Assembly: GCA_049322955.1 (NCBI GenBank)
Contig: JBMOPU010000012.1
Location: 408,150 to 472,149 of the forward strand
Length of the DNA: 64,000 nucleotides
DNA from: Patescibacteria group bacterium
GTDB lineage: Bacteria > Patescibacteriota > Microgenomatia > UBA10105 > UBA927
Direction of reading: 5' to 3'
Both the position numbers and the translations under genes were made by a program. How positions within the stretch are numbered: position 1 is the stretch's first letter; each line of letters begins with the position of its first letter. The notes under the pieces were generated by a model. That model was not told the DNA's origin and did not search any database. It worked only from the letters and a program-made list of their open reading frames with translations. Shown here in pieces: positions 28,658 to 40,239 of the stretch.

Positions 28658-29692
28658 ATGAATACTTCCGATATTTTTTATCCCGTAGCGCACCGATCCG
28701 ACAAGGAAATCGCCGCACTGAAACGACGCTATGAGGTGTTTGATGAAGCGGTGATTCCGTCGCTTGTAAGGGAGAGTATCGGTATGACCGCGGTCTCCTG
28801 GAATAAACCGGAAAGTTGGAGCACCTCGCATGTTATTTATATCGTTACGGTGAAAGAACGAGCTCGCCCCATCGTTGTGCGGGCAAATATCGGGTGGGGG
28901 GAACCCGAACGCTATATGCAGGTGGAAAAACTTATCACCGACCAGGTGGCGTCAACGGGGGTTCCCGTGAACCGGATTCTTTTCGTCGATATCAGTCGCA
29001 GTCAGTATCCGTTTGATTATCAGATACAAGATATGCTGGAAGGTGATGACATAGAAAAAGCATTTCACGGGACACGCACGGAGTATGACGAATTATCGTT
29101 TGCCATAGGACAGTCGATAGCAAAGTGGGGAACGCTTCGGTATGAAAAATTCGGAAGATTTGATCCGGTATCGGCCGCAAACGGCGTCCTTGTCGGTACC
29201 AAAAGCTCCATGTATGAGTATATGCTCGTAAGACTCGATGAGGATATTCGATACCTTGTTGACGCATCCGTTATTCCCGTAAAACTGGCGGATCCCGTTC
29301 GGGCGTTGTTTGATACCTACAAGTCGGTAATGACGGTCGCCTCACCGACCCTTGTTCAATACGACCTTGCTGACCATAACATTATGTTTGACGGGGAAAA
29401 AACGATCACCGGCATTTTTGATTGGGAGGCGGCAGTCGCGGGTGATCCCGTCCTTGATCTTGCCTCAGCTCCTACCTGGAAAACGTTTTACCCCCGTGAG
29501 GAGAAGCTGATTGAAGGCTATACGAGTATAAGCAAACTTCCGACGTTCTTTAAGGAAAAAATGCGGATATACACCCTTCGTACCATGCTGTGGAAGATGG
29601 TCTATGCGATTCGGGCAGGCATACTTACCGATGAGAGAAAACGCAAATTTGATGCCGCATTACAGCCGTATAAACAAGAACTTTTACGCTGA
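28658..29692 (+). CDS. Aminoglycoside phosphotransferase (APH)-family kinase
   Basis: LVQYDLADHNIM, GIFDWE..AGDP..DLA. Confidence 0.85.
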   Translation: MNTSDIFYPVAHRSDKEIAALKRRYEVFDEAVIPSLVRESIGMTAVSWNKPESWSTSHVIYIVTVKERARPIVVRANIGWGEPERYMQVEKLITDQVASTGVPVNRILFVDISRSQYPFDYQIQDMLEGDDIEKAFHGTRTEYDELSFAIGQSIAKWGTLRYEKFGRFDPVSAANGVLVGTKSSMYEYMLVRLDEDIRYLVDASVIPVKLADPVRALFDTYKSVMTVASPTLVQYDLADHNIMFDGEKTITGIFDWEAAVAGDPVLDLASAPTWKTFYPREEKLIEGYTSISKLPTFFKEKMRIYTLRTMLWKMVYAIRAGILTDERKRKFDAALQPYKQELLR

Positions 29693-30955
29693 AGCGAGCT
29701 GTTTTTTAAACTGCATTACCAGCGCGATAAACCATGCGGTGAGAAATACGGTAACAAAAAGCGGATAGGCAATGGAAGCCTTCTCCACGGGAAAAAACGG
29801 CGTACCGGAAACCCCGTAAAACAACAGCATACTGATTGCACTCATACTATCAACGCTTCGATACAGCCTTTCATGACGCGTTGACATAACGCTGAGAAGT
29901 AATGCGCACAACACCCCGATCATCAGGTGATTTTCGTGGACTCCGGAGGCGATAAAAAAGTACCCAAGATAGGCGTACGTTGCGGCGACGAGAAGCGGTC
30001 GTAACGTACGTTTTGTAGCGGCGACGCGGTGAAATGTGTACAACACCCATGCATAGTAGCCGAGAAACGCGAATTTGAATGCGGTATATTGCATCATGAT
30101 TGCCGGGGTTTTTGTGGATGCATCAAGATAAATAAGGAGACTGTCCGGTAATCCGTTTATCCGTTGCGGGAAAACCATCGTATAGAGCCAGGGAAGGGTG
30201 GGAGATGCGGCAAAATAAGGGTCGTTGGTGATTGCCGATGCACCCCGCAGATAATCGGAAACGAAGTCATATCCCCAGGAGAGCAATCCCGTCGTAAGAA
30301 CGGGGATTGATACCCCCAGCAAAAACAAACCGAGACTTTTTACACCCCGACGAAGAAGATACAGCAGAATGAGCGGAAGCATCAGAATCGGCATCCATTT
30401 CATCAAAAATCCGCAGGCAAACAAGAAACCGGAATAGAGATAGTTTTCTTTATGGAGAAAGACAAAGCAAAGAATAATAAACGGATACATATACACGTCG
30501 ATGTATCCCAATCCGTAACTGTTAAGGAGAAGCGCTAAACCGGTGAATCCGAGAAAAAGTCCGCGAATGATACTTCGTACGGGAGAACGGTCATGCGGGC
30601 GGGTGACATAGGAAAACCAAGCAAGCGCGCCCATGGCGGCCCCGTAGAACAGGGAAATAATCATTTTATGCAGGGAAAAGTTATCAAGCAAACTTCCGCC
30701 AACTAATTGACCGAGAAACAGGATGACGAGGTATAACGGCGGATAATTCCATGTATGTCCCGGACAGGTAACGGTGATACAGGTGCTCAGTTGTGCTATT
30801 CCGTTCTGTCGGAAATTTTCAATAATTTGTTCGTACACCCCTACGTCCCCCGTCCCTGCGGAAGGAATAAGCCAAATTGCGGCAAGTACGGCAGTCACAA
30901 TACCGATAAACCAATACACGACGGGTGCGATGGGATGACGAAGATACGCGAGCAT
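29684..30955 (-). CDS. Polytopic GT-C fold glycosyltransferase (GT87/PMT-like)
   Basis: GT.DV, NYPPL, G..D, K.P, VHENH; many TMs. Confidence 0.75.
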   Translation of the reverse strand: MLAYLRHPIAPVVYWFIGIVTAVLAAIWLIPSAGTGDVGVYEQIIENFRQNGIAQLSTCITVTCPGHTWNYPPLYLVILFLGQLVGGSLLDNFSLHKMIISLFYGAAMGALAWFSYVTRPHDRSPVRSIIRGLFLGFTGLALLLNSYGLGYIDVYMYPFIILCFVFLHKENYLYSGFLFACGFLMKWMPILMLPLILLYLLRRGVKSLGLFLLGVSIPVLTTGLLSWGYDFVSDYLRGASAITNDPYFAASPTLPWLYTMVFPQRINGLPDSLLIYLDASTKTPAIMMQYTAFKFAFLGYYAWVLYTFHRVAATKRTLRPLLVAATYAYLGYFFIASGVHENHLMIGVLCALLLSVMSTRHERLYRSVDSMSAISMLLFYGVSGTPFFPVEKASIAYPLFVTVFLTAWFIALVMQFKKQLASA

Positions 30956-31002
30956 GAGGATAATGAAAAAGGAAACGGTAACCTTATATTGATGTATTTG
31001 TG

Positions 31003-31074
31003 AGCCTGGGGCGGGAATCGGACCCGCGACCACGTTCTTACCAAGAACGTGCTCTACCACTGAGCCACCCAGGC
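31003..31074 (-). tRNA. tRNA-Thr (GGT)
   Basis: Acceptor GCCTGGG/CCCAGGC; anticodon loop TTGGTAA. Confidence 0.95.
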
Positions 31075-31150
31075 GGAACTTACGTATTGTATCAAATGCA
31101 ACGATTGGTGTGAATGATTTTATTCATCTACTCCGACTATTATCTTTACT

Positions 31151-32098
31151 ATGAAAAAAATACTCGTCACCGGTGCATTCGGTTTAGTGGGATCCGATCT
31201 TGTTCCCGCATTGCAAAAAAAATACGGGCACACCAATGTCTATGCGCTCTATCATGCCCATGGGGATGCGAAAGCCGACGTGCAACTTATTAAAGGCGAT
31301 GTGCGGGATAAAGCGGGTCTTGAAAAAATTATCAAAAAACACGGCATTACCACCGTCTATCATCTTGCCGGACTATTGTCGGTCGGAGGAGAAAAGAATC
31401 CCGACCTTGCCTGGGACGTGAATATGAACGGGCTTCGTAATGTCCTTGACCTTGCCCGTGATTATTCACTGCAGGTGTTCTGGCCCAGTTCCATTGCCGC
31501 GTTCGGACCGACTACCCCCAAAGTGAATACGCCGCAACACACCGTGATCGAACCTACGACCATCTATGGCGTCACCAAATACGCAGGAGAGCTTTTGTGT
31601 CAGTATTACCACAATAGGTGGGGAGTTGATGTGCGCAGTCTCCGCTATCCCGGACTTATCGGCTATCAGGCGCCGCCCGGTGACGGAACGACGGAATACT
31701 CGGTGCATATCTTTTACGGCCTGCTTCGGGAAAACAAATACAGCGTCTTTTTGAAGGAAAACGCCCGACTTCCCATGATGTATATCGACGACGCCATTCG
31801 CGGCACCATGAAACTCATGGCGGCACCGGCAAAAAAGCTCACCGTGTGGACGGCATACAATTTTGCCGCTATTAACTTCACGCCGAAGGAATTGGTCAAT
31901 GAAATTAAGAAATTGTATCCGACTTTTAAAGCGACCTATGATCCCGATCCCATAAAGCAGAAAATCGCCGAAGGGTGGCCGCAAGCCATTGATGACCGCC
32001 AGGCTCGAAAAGATTGGGGATGGAAACATGAATACACGTTGCCGAAAATGACCAAAGTGATGATCGCAGGACTCAAAAAAAAGCTCGGTACGAAATAA
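31151..32098 (+). CDS. tdh: L-threonine 3-dehydrogenase (SDR/epimerase type)
   Basis: GAFGLVG, LLSVGGE.NP, PSSIAAFG, YGVTK, LRYPG, GTTEY; followed by kbl. Confidence 0.85.
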   Translation: MKKILVTGAFGLVGSDLVPALQKKYGHTNVYALYHAHGDAKADVQLIKGDVRDKAGLEKIIKKHGITTVYHLAGLLSVGGEKNPDLAWDVNMNGLRNVLDLARDYSLQVFWPSSIAAFGPTTPKVNTPQHTVIEPTTIYGVTKYAGELLCQYYHNRWGVDVRSLRYPGLIGYQAPPGDGTTEYSVHIFYGLLRENKYSVFLKENARLPMMYIDDAIRGTMKLMAAPAKKLTVWTAYNFAAINFTPKELVNEIKKLYPTFKATYDPDPIKQKIAEGWPQAIDDRQARKDWGWKHEYTLPKMTKVMIAGLKKKLGTK

Positions 32099-32107
32099 AG
32101 GAGGCCT

Positions 32108-33313
32108 ATGGACCCATTAACGCCATACTACAAAACCATCGAAACCATGAAACAAAAGGGACTCTATACGCCCGTGCGGGTGTTGGAGTCGCCGCAGGGA
32201 CCCTGGATTACCATTGACGGCAAGAAGGTCTTGAACTTCTGCTCGAACAATTATCTCGGATTTGCGCAAAATCCAAGGATTGCCAATGCCGCCGTTAAAG
32301 CGATCAAAAAATACGGTATGGGGGCAGGAGCCGTTCGTCCGATTTCCGGAAACACCGCGCTCCACATGGAAGCGGAGAAAGCGCTCGCGAAGTTTAAGGG
32401 TGCGGAAGCGGCATTCCTGCTTCCCGGCGGATTTATCGCCAATATCGTCGCCATCGCCACGATCGTCGGCAAGGAAGATATCGTCATATCCGATGAATTA
32501 AATCATGCATCCATCATTGATGCCATAAAACTTGCGCAGGTGAAAACGAAGTTTATTTATAAGCATAACGATATGGCGGAGCTGGAGTTGCGGCTCAAGG
32601 AAGCCAATCAGGTAGCCGAGACCAAAAAATCCGACGGAAAACGACCGATTATTTTGATAGTTTCAGACGGCGTTTTCTCCATGGACGGGGACATCGCCCC
32701 GCTTCCCGAGATCGTAAAACTCGCCAAGAAATATCGCGCAATCACCATGGTGGATGACGCGCACGGCGAAGGGGTATTGGGCGACGGTAGGGGAATCGCC
32801 AAGCATTTCGGATTGGAAGGCAAGCTGGATATTGAGGTGGGAACGTTGTCAAAGGCGTTCGGGGTGTTAGGTGGCGTTATCGCCGGTAAAAAAGAGCTCA
32901 TTGAATACTATCGGCAAAAAGGAAGACCGTATCTGTTCTCGACCGGTCTTACCGTTGCCGATACCGCGGCGGTTATTGAGGCGGTGAAGATTCTTTCCAC
33001 GTCAAAGAGTTTGGTGAAAAAAGTATGGGACAATGCCGCCTACCTCCGAAACGAATTTAATAAACTCGGATTCGACACCGGGGTGACGCAAACGCCGATC
33101 ACCCCCGTGATGTTAGGGGATGAAAATTTAGCAAAGGAATTTAGTGCACAGCTTATGAAAGAAGGCGTATTTGCAACCCCGATCAAGTTTCCTATGGTTG
33201 CGTTGGGCAAGGCACGCATCCGCGTGATGCCCAGTAGCGCACACACGAAAAAGGATCTTGATTACGGAGTTGCCGCCTTCAAAAAAGTCGGCAAAAAACT
33301 CGGAGTTATTTAA
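32108..33313 (+). CDS. kbl: Glycine C-acetyltransferase (2-amino-3-ketobutyrate CoA ligase)
   Basis: [40 protein letters not shown] (PLP Lys). Confidence 0.88.
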   Translation: MDPLTPYYKTIETMKQKGLYTPVRVLESPQGPWITIDGKKVLNFCSNNYLGFAQNPRIANAAVKAIKKYGMGAGAVRPISGNTALHMEAEKALAKFKGAEAAFLLPGGFIANIVAIATIVGKEDIVISDELNHASIIDAIKLAQVKTKFIYKHNDMAELELRLKEANQVAETKKSDGKRPIILIVSDGVFSMDGDIAPLPEIVKLAKKYRAITMVDDAHGEGVLGDGRGIAKHFGLEGKLDIEVGTLSKAFGVLGGVIAGKKELIEYYRQKGRPYLFSTGLTVADTAAVIEAVKILSTSKSLVKKVWDNAAYLRNEFNKLGFDTGVTQTPITPVMLGDENLAKEFSAQLMKEGVFATPIKFPMVALGKARIRVMPSSAHTKKDLDYGVAAFKKVGKKLGVI

Positions 33314-35741
33314 GTTTGTCCCATTCGTTCATGAAGATTGTGTAATCAACGGTGTTCAGTTGCCCATCTTCGTTGAGGTCTCCCTTATTCACGATCTTGC
33401 CGTACCAGTATGTCATAAATAAAGTGTAGTCCACGACGGAAACGGTTCCATCCCCGTTGAGGTCTGCAACGGAAAAAGTGGGAGAAGGGGGCGGAGTCCC
33501 GGTATCGGTCTGTGCAATTGCTTGCAGGTACTCGAGGATGGCGATTGTGTGCTGTGCGGCCTGTTTGCGTGGGATCGGGCTGTCCGGGCAGAATGTTTTT
33601 GCCGATGAATCGCAATAAAGTTTGATGCCTTTGGCTGCGAGTCCTTCCGCGAACGGGTAGCTCATATGAGATGAAGGCAGATCAGGATATGTCGGGGATT
33701 GCGGTGTTTTGGTGACAAACGATGGATCTTTCTGCTTGAGCAAACGGAAAAGAAATATTGCAAACTGCCCGTAAGTGGTTTGTTGTTCCGGGCAGTATCG
33801 TGCAGGAGTGAGTGAACAACCTGACGTGACACCCGCGGCGGCCACTCCCTCGATTGTGGAAAAAAAAGGATGCGTTTTGGGGACATCCGTAAATGTCTCC
33901 GTTGCAGGAGTTTTTGCTGGGATGTCGAACGCGCGAGACAACACTGCGGATGCCTGATCCCGGCTTAACGACGTGTTCGGACCGAACTGAAGGTTGCCAT
34001 ATCCATTCATGATGCCCTGGGCGGCGGCAAGCTGAATTCCCGAAAATTCAGGCATGGAATTAGCCACATCCGTAAAAGGTACGATGTATGCGCCTCGTAA
34101 GACTAATTCCCTTTGCACATCCGAGACGGGGACTTCCGAAGGGGTCAGATGACGCTTCGATGACAATGCGGCCAACGCCCCGACAGCCTGGCCGGTAACC
34201 ATAGTGATAGGCTGGAGCCGGGTTGCACCGTTAACGAGTCTCGTTACGGAAATATTTTTCTCCGCAAAGAGAAGGCCGGATATATTTCGGGAATAAAGTG
34301 TTTCGAGCGGGATCTGAAACGGCCCGGATCCCGACGTATCCGCGGCAGACTCCATTGACGTCTCCAGGTATTGCGTCTCCCTGCAACCATGCAAATCGTC
34401 AGGATAGTCGCCGACGCCGATTGTTGACGGATAGGTTGTCGTTGACCTGGGCGGGGATCCCGTTCGGCGGATATCTTTGGCCGTCAGGGTGAGAGGACCG
34501 ATACCTCGGATTCCTTCCCGAACGTACGGGATAACCGGAAGTTGGCGTTCGATGGATTTGAGCGATGTTGGTATGTTGTCACAGGTATTTTCCTCGCTGT
34601 TATATGGCGTATCATATCCTTCATCGGTGGAAACAGACCACGTCGGTTCACCCAGCTCTGTCTGTACATAGTAAAGGAATTGGATTGTTCGAAGCTTTGC
34701 TTCGCAGTTAATCTGCTTGCGGTACGACTTGTCCGTGATGTAGCGGGGAGAAAGGAACGACGCAGTGCCGGCATCCGTGTACGCGTTACGAGGATAGTCG
34801 TTTGCCCAATTAACACCCGTTTTTGTGATGGCGACAGGGTTAGAAACGTCATAAGAGCCGGGGGATGCACTGTCTGGGAATCCTCGGTAGGCATTGTGTA
34901 CCGGCCATGCTACGGGGTACGAGCCCGTCCATGTGGTATTTCCGGTTTTGCTCACGATGCTCCGGAAGATTGATTTGATAGCGTCCGTATAGCCGGGAGG
35001 CGGTGCGCTGATTCGCAGATCCTGAGGTGGCCCATCGGGATATTTTTTGATCACCGCGGTGTAGGTGATGTCCTGTATGCAGGCGTTTGACGGAATTGAA
35101 TCACGGGTGCCATTTCCGATCCGATACGTGTCCGCAAGCGCGATAACGTCACCATACTCCGTTGCGTCAATAACGACCGGTGCGGTGAGTTGGGATGTGG
35201 CCCCCAAATGTCGCACGTTCACCCCGGTCACACTTTTTCCTGATCTGTTCACCCCGACTACTGAGGAACGTAAGCGAAGTGAGATATTCGGCTCCGCTTC
35301 GATCATCTGGTTAAGGATGGTTTTCCCCACACCAGGCTCGAAGCAGAGGGAGCTTGTGCTCCAGTAGCATGTGCCGATCGATTTGTTCTTTCCTCGATAG
35401 TGCGCCCGAATTTTTCCGATAAACTCCGCATATATACCCCCGGTCCAGGTAAAGTTGCCTCCGTCCATATTCGCTACACCGGCGGCGGTCATCTGTCCGC
35501 CGATCCAGTCAGTTTCCTCAAGGAGGATAACCCGTGCACCCATTCGGGCCGCTTGAATTGCGGCGGCAATACCTCCTGTACCTGCCCCGACAACGATAAC
35601 ATCGGCGTTATTATCAGAAAACGATGCACGTGACCGAAGATCAAGACGGGTAACCCCTATAGCTCCCGCGGTAAGAAGAGTTATGAGCAAAAGCGCTATG
35701 ATGCCGATCAATGACGGTGGTTGTTTCTTATATGCGGCCAT
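33306..35741 (-). CDS. Membrane-anchored FAD-dependent oxidoreductase with SLH repeats and dockerin-like C-terminus
   Basis: [25 protein letters not shown]; FTDV...GIMNGY...FGPN (SLH); DLNGDGTV...DLNEDGQLN (dockerin). Confidence 0.85.
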   Translation of the reverse strand: MAAYKKQPPSLIGIIALLLITLLTAGAIGVTRLDLRSRASFSDNNADVIVVGAGTGGIAAAIQAARMGARVILLEETDWIGGQMTAAGVANMDGGNFTWTGGIYAEFIGKIRAHYRGKNKSIGTCYWSTSSLCFEPGVGKTILNQMIEAEPNISLRLRSSVVGVNRSGKSVTGVNVRHLGATSQLTAPVVIDATEYGDVIALADTYRIGNGTRDSIPSNACIQDITYTAVIKKYPDGPPQDLRISAPPPGYTDAIKSIFRSIVSKTGNTTWTGSYPVAWPVHNAYRGFPDSASPGSYDVSNPVAITKTGVNWANDYPRNAYTDAGTASFLSPRYITDKSYRKQINCEAKLRTIQFLYYVQTELGEPTWSVSTDEGYDTPYNSEENTCDNIPTSLKSIERQLPVIPYVREGIRGIGPLTLTAKDIRRTGSPPRSTTTYPSTIGVGDYPDDLHGCRETQYLETSMESAADTSGSGPFQIPLETLYSRNISGLLFAEKNISVTRLVNGATRLQPITMVTGQAVGALAALSSKRHLTPSEVPVSDVQRELVLRGAYIVPFTDVANSMPEFSGIQLAAAQGIMNGYGNLQFGPNTSLSRDQASAVLSRAFDIPAKTPATETFTDVPKTHPFFSTIEGVAAAGVTSGCSLTPARYCPEQQTTYGQFAIFLFRLLKQKDPSFVTKTPQSPTYPDLPSSHMSYPFAEGLAAKGIKLYCDSSAKTFCPDSPIPRKQAAQHTIAILEYLQAIAQTDTGTPPPSPTFSVADLNGDGTVSVVDYTLFMTYWYGKIVNKGDLNEDGQLNTVDYTIFMNEWDKLK

Positions 35742-35746
35742 ATGGG

Positions 35747-36448
35747 TTAATAGGCGGCACCTTCAAAGTTCGGGCAATTCGCTTTTGCCCAGCGTAAGTA
35801 TTCATCGGTACATTCCAGTTTAATTCCTTCGTTTGGTCCCGGCATGCAGTCAACCCAAGGCGTTTCAGGGCATGTATATGCCGTACCCTGTTTGGGAGGC
35901 GAAATGGAGCCTTGAAACGTGCAAGCGTTGTTATAACACACCGGTGTTGTGGGTGCTTCACAGGGCCGACAGGCGACAGATGCATCGCATGTGCGCGATG
36001 CGGGCATTTTTTTCGCTGATTCATATGGAATCCACCCGTCGTTTCCAATCTGCTGTTTATTGATTGCCATCGGGCAATTACAACAGCCGTTCGATTGTAT
36101 GCCGATGGTGCAATCCTCATCCGTGTTGCAGGATAGGGGATCCGTATACATGGGATTTGTGTCCGGTCCGTCGATTAGTTGGACGAATCGTTTGCCGTCA
36201 CGGGTCACACAGGTGGAGGGATAGCTTTCCTGGATGACGCTCCCGCGGGCTTTTACACACTCCTCGTAGCTGGTGATGACGGGTGACGCGGTATATTCCT
36301 GATAGGCGAATAACCCGCCCGCGCCCAAAAGGATACCGAAAATGAGAATAAGCGCCATATATATCGGTCGAAGCGACAATTTTGGCGGGGCGGTGTTAGC
36401 CGTATCAGGAGGACTCGCAACCGGTTCGGAAGTCGGTGAAGATTCCAT
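35747..36448 (-). CDS. Membrane-anchored cysteine-rich protein
   Basis: TM; SYEECV..G..ESYP..C.T.DG; C.TD.DC. Confidence 0.75.
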   Translation of the reverse strand: MESSPTSEPVASPPDTANTAPPKLSLRPIYMALILIFGILLGAGGLFAYQEYTASPVITSYEECVKARGSVIQESYPSTCVTRDGKRFVQLIDGPDTNPMYTDPLSCNTDEDCTIGIQSNGCCNCPMAINKQQIGNDGWIPYESAKKMPASRTCDASVACRPCEAPTTPVCYNNACTFQGSISPPKQGTAYTCPETPWVDCMPGPNEGIKLECTDEYLRWAKANCPNFEGAAY

Positions 36449-36514
36449 ATGCAGGTTGAGTATACGTCGATACCCATGCCATTACAAGCAATGTACTTGT
36501 GGTACAGTAACAGT

Positions 36515-37504
36515 ATGAATCGGATGGTAGGCGGTCTTGTGCTTATGCTTCTTATTGCCGGAGGGATACTCTACGCACTGCTTGGCGATCGGCAGTCGAA
36601 CTCGGTGATAAGCCCTATTACCCAAGTGTTGGAAAGAAGTCTCGATAAATATTCCATAGACAGCCTGACGCGGCGTCAGGGAAAAGGAAGTGTTATTGTT
36701 TTTGGTACCGCAGTTGCGACAACCTCGGCATATACCGTACATGAATTCTCTTTCATGAGTGACGGAAAAAAAGTTACCGGACTTGCCCACGTGCCATCTG
36801 ATGCTTCGGCGGCGGAAAAAAAGCCGGTCATTGTCCAGATTCGGGGATATGTTGACCGCAGTGTCTTTGCTTCGGGAGTCGGAACCAGACGAAGTGCCGA
36901 GGTGTTTGCCGCCAACGGATTTATTTCGCTTGCTCCTGATTTTTTGGGATACGGAGGATCCGACAACCCCAGTAACGACGTCTTTGAAGAACGGTTTCAG
37001 ACCTATACGGTCACCCTTGATCTTCTGGCATCGGTGGGTTCACTTCCCCAAGCTGATAGTGAACAAATCGGTATATGGGCACATAGCAACGGAGGGCAGA
37101 TAGCGCTTACGGTCTTGGAAATTACGCGGGGAACGTATCCTACCGTTCTTTGGGCACCCGTCACTAAAGCATTTCCGTATTCCATTCTGTATTACACCGA
37201 TGAGGCTGATGATAAAGGAAAGGCCTTACGGAAAAAACTTGCCGAATTCGAACGGAATTATGATGTCGACCTCTATACGCTTGTCAATTTTACCGATAGG
37301 ATCGCCGCACCGTTACAGATACACCAGGGGAGCGCGGATGACGCCGTGCCACAGCGGTGGAATGATGACTTTGTAGATCAGCTCAAGGCACGTGATGCGG
37401 ACGTCGAGTATATCGTGTATCCCGGTGCGGATCATAATATGCAACCGGGATGGAACACTGCCGTGACCAGAAGTATGGAATTTTATCGGTCTCACGGATT
37501 GTAA
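36515..37504 (+). CDS. Alpha/beta hydrolase (S9 peptidase-like)
   Basis: AHSNGG nucleophile, D..VP, GADH. Confidence 0.9.
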   Translation: MNRMVGGLVLMLLIAGGILYALLGDRQSNSVISPITQVLERSLDKYSIDSLTRRQGKGSVIVFGTAVATTSAYTVHEFSFMSDGKKVTGLAHVPSDASAAEKKPVIVQIRGYVDRSVFASGVGTRRSAEVFAANGFISLAPDFLGYGGSDNPSNDVFEERFQTYTVTLDLLASVGSLPQADSEQIGIWAHSNGGQIALTVLEITRGTYPTVLWAPVTKAFPYSILYYTDEADDKGKALRKKLAEFERNYDVDLYTLVNFTDRIAAPLQIHQGSADDAVPQRWNDDFVDQLKARDADVEYIVYPGADHNMQPGWNTAVTRSMEFYRSHGL

Positions 37505-37566
37505 GAGTTCGTACATATTCAGGCGGTGTACGCTGTTTATACTTATCATAATCTGCAGATAGGTAT

Positions 37567-39327
37567 ATGCACGAAACAGTACGGCAAACCTCATTACCCG
37601 AAACGCGGCACCATCCCGTATCAGACCTGCAAGAAGTAATGGTGCATGAGAAGGTGGAGCGTGACGGTGATGCCGATAGGATTGCCGTCGACTTTACGAT
37701 TGGAGGAATCGATCCGGAATCCGCGCATGTCATGTTGGGTCCCTGGCACCCCTTCGCACAATCCCCGGTCATTAAAGACAATGATATCGGTTTGCCGGTG
37801 AAGATAACCGACGTGATAAAACCCCGTACCACAATTCCCGGTATAGAGCCCAACGGCGGTGGTGAATGCCATACGGATTGTCGTGTTGCATATAATTTCG
37901 CAATATTCGAAACGGAAAAGAAAAAAAAGATTCTTGTCGGAGTGATGCCGGATTTTGTATCAACCAACCGCATTTTTATCAGGAAAGGTGATGGGCATAG
38001 CATGAAGGTGCATTTGGAAAATGCAACACCCGGGGTATTTCGCAAGGGAAAAAGGGAACTACGGTATATTGTGGTCGAAGGCGACAGATATATAGACGTG
38101 CTTAACGAATACAGTAAAAAAATAGACGAGTACAATCCGGTGAAAACACGAAGCAGATTAGACGGAGCGGCACTCGCCTGTACATGGGATTGGGCGGGTA
38201 AATACGTTTCTGAAGATGCGGTGGTTAAAGAGATCGAAGCGATAAAGGTACTGCATGAAGAGTTGAAACGGGATCCCGAATATAAGCCGTCATATAAAAT
38301 CGACGGATTAATTTTGGATGACGGTTGGCAGTTCGGTCACGAGTACAATGCACAAAATGTTAATACCAATAAATTTCCTCACGGCCTTCGGCCGATTATT
38401 GAGGCTATTCAATCCGCAGGAATGGAAGCCGGTATATGGATGGCACCGTTTTTTAAATCGGAAACATCACCGCTTCTACGGGATCATCCCGATTATTTTT
38501 TGCGGGACGAGAACGGATCATTTGTCAGGTATAAAGTCCGGCAATCGATTCATGAAGATGACCGGCATGGGCGCTGGGCATACTCTGAGTACCCGATGAT
38601 TCTGGATATTTCCGTTCCGGAGGTGCGAGAGCATATCATGACCGATATTAAGTCGCACTATGACATGGGCGTGCGTCTGTTTAAATTGGATTTTCTCTCG
38701 GCGGTATTTTCCCATCCGCTCAAAAACAGGGATAAAACAACCGTTGAATATTATCGCGATTTTTTTGGCAATGTACGGAACGTATTCCCGGAGGCAAAAT
38801 TTATCGGATGCACTCTGCCGCTTACCGAAAGCCTTGGGTTGTTTGATGCCATGCGGGTGAGCAACGATAGTATTATCCCGAGTAAAGGGTTCGGCACCAA
38901 ACACGTATGGGGGAGAATTATATCTTTATTGTCGCTTACGGATATCGCAAAAAAATCAAACGGGCTTATGTATAAAGACATGGTACTAAAAAGTGCCTTG
39001 CGGTCAACGATGCTTGGGAAGAATACGTGCGCCGCAGTGGACGGAGTGCATTGGGATGATAAAGAAAACCCCATCGATACAAGCGTCTTTGCGAATGCAA
39101 ACGAGCTGATACGGATGATAAACACGAAAGATTCTCAGGCGGTTCATTTTATCGGCGGTTCGATAAGCCATCTGGACAACCGCGAGAGAGCGGTCTTTGT
39201 ATCATTACTTAAAAGCATGCAGGAAAAAGAGGCAAAACGACTTATGGAAATTGATGAGCTACAGCAGATCGTGGGGGAGTTCTATAAACCGCCCTGGCTG
39301 GTATATGCATTGGGATCGACAACATAG
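37567..39327 (+). CDS. Alpha-galactosidase (GH36 family)
   Basis: LDDGWQ, KFPHGL, GIWMAPF, FKLDFL, MRVSND. Confidence 0.85.
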   Translation: MHETVRQTSLPETRHHPVSDLQEVMVHEKVERDGDADRIAVDFTIGGIDPESAHVMLGPWHPFAQSPVIKDNDIGLPVKITDVIKPRTTIPGIEPNGGGECHTDCRVAYNFAIFETEKKKKILVGVMPDFVSTNRIFIRKGDGHSMKVHLENATPGVFRKGKRELRYIVVEGDRYIDVLNEYSKKIDEYNPVKTRSRLDGAALACTWDWAGKYVSEDAVVKEIEAIKVLHEELKRDPEYKPSYKIDGLILDDGWQFGHEYNAQNVNTNKFPHGLRPIIEAIQSAGMEAGIWMAPFFKSETSPLLRDHPDYFLRDENGSFVRYKVRQSIHEDDRHGRWAYSEYPMILDISVPEVREHIMTDIKSHYDMGVRLFKLDFLSAVFSHPLKNRDKTTVEYYRDFFGNVRNVFPEAKFIGCTLPLTESLGLFDAMRVSNDSIIPSKGFGTKHVWGRIISLLSLTDIAKKSNGLMYKDMVLKSALRSTMLGKNTCAAVDGVHWDDKENPIDTSVFANANELIRMINTKDSQAVHFIGGSISHLDNRERAVFVSLLKSMQEKEAKRLMEIDELQQIVGEFYKPPWLVYALGSTT

Positions 39328-39342
39328 GCGGTAGCGGCAGAG

Positions 39343-39377
39343 TATAAAAATACCGCCTCGCGGCGGTATTTTTTATA
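39343..39377. terminator. Bidirectional intrinsic terminator
   Basis: AAAAATACCGCC-TCGC-GGCGGTATTTTT between convergent genes. Confidence 0.85.
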
Positions 39378-39403
39378 TTGCAATTTTGTTATTGCAACCG
39401 ATA

Positions 39404-39904
39404 TTACTGGAACGTAAAGGTTGCACTGCAACTTGACGTTGCATTCAGATCATCGGTCAACTTGACGTCGACCACCGTCGGAACGTTTGCCGAAAGCTCA
39501 ACGGGTTTTGTCGTACAACGGAAAGTAGCACCTCCGCGGGCGGGCGCATCCGTAAGCGGACTGCTTACCGTGGTCTTACTTACTACTTTGCCATCCACGC
39601 TTGCGGTGAATTCACAGGTGACTTTTTTGGCTTCAGATACGTCACCGCCTTCGACGGACAAATAGTAGTCGGGAAATCCAACACGGGGATTATAGTATTG
39701 CTGATCACATCCGAGTTTGGAAATAGGTCCGGGAGTCGGCGATACCATAGCCTCCTGTTGCGTCGGGGTCTCGACCATTGCGGGTTTGGTTCCCTTGGAT
39801 CGGAAGTACCATGCACCGCCGACAACGGCAACCACCAATACAGCCCCCATAACATAGGTCATCATGGACGGGGTTTCCATGGACTCTGAAGATTTATTTT
39901 CCAT
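39404..39904 (-). CDS. Membrane-anchored hypothetical protein
   Basis: TM followed by a beta-rich domain; true start lies after tRNA-Tyr. Confidence 0.7.
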   Translation of the reverse strand: MENKSSESMETPSMMTYVMGAVLVVAVVGGAWYFRSKGTKPAMVETPTQQEAMVSPTPGPISKLGCDQQYYNPRVGFPDYYLSVEGGDVSEAKKVTCEFTASVDGKVVSKTTVSSPLTDAPARGGATFRCTTKPVELSANVPTVVDVKLTDDLNATSSCSATFTFQ

Positions 39905-40017
39905 ATATATCCAGTATAGGAAAAACAAGGCGAGTTGCAAGAGGTGAGTTACTGGGGAAAGGGGATTCCTGACGATTTTTAGAGCGAAAATCAATCCTGC
40001 CGTGGCGGGAACTTGGG

Positions 40018-40102
40018 TGCTGAGGCCAAGATTCGAACTTGGGTAGGCCTGTCGGCCGACAGTTTTACAGACTGTTGTGATTGTCCACTCCACCACCTCA
40101 GC
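40018..40102 (-). tRNA. tRNA-Tyr (GTA)
   Basis: Acceptor GCTGAGG/CCTCAGC; anticodon loop CTGTAAA; long variable arm. Confidence 0.95.
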
Positions 40103-40239
40103 TACTTATTAACTTGTGAAATTCGTTTTGTCTCTGTTTCATCCTTGTGGAGCAAGGAAGCGACTTCTGAGACACCCACGTATTATAAACTATTCGGTGA
40201 CGGGTGGGAATTAGCTATATCACGTGTCATAATACCCGT

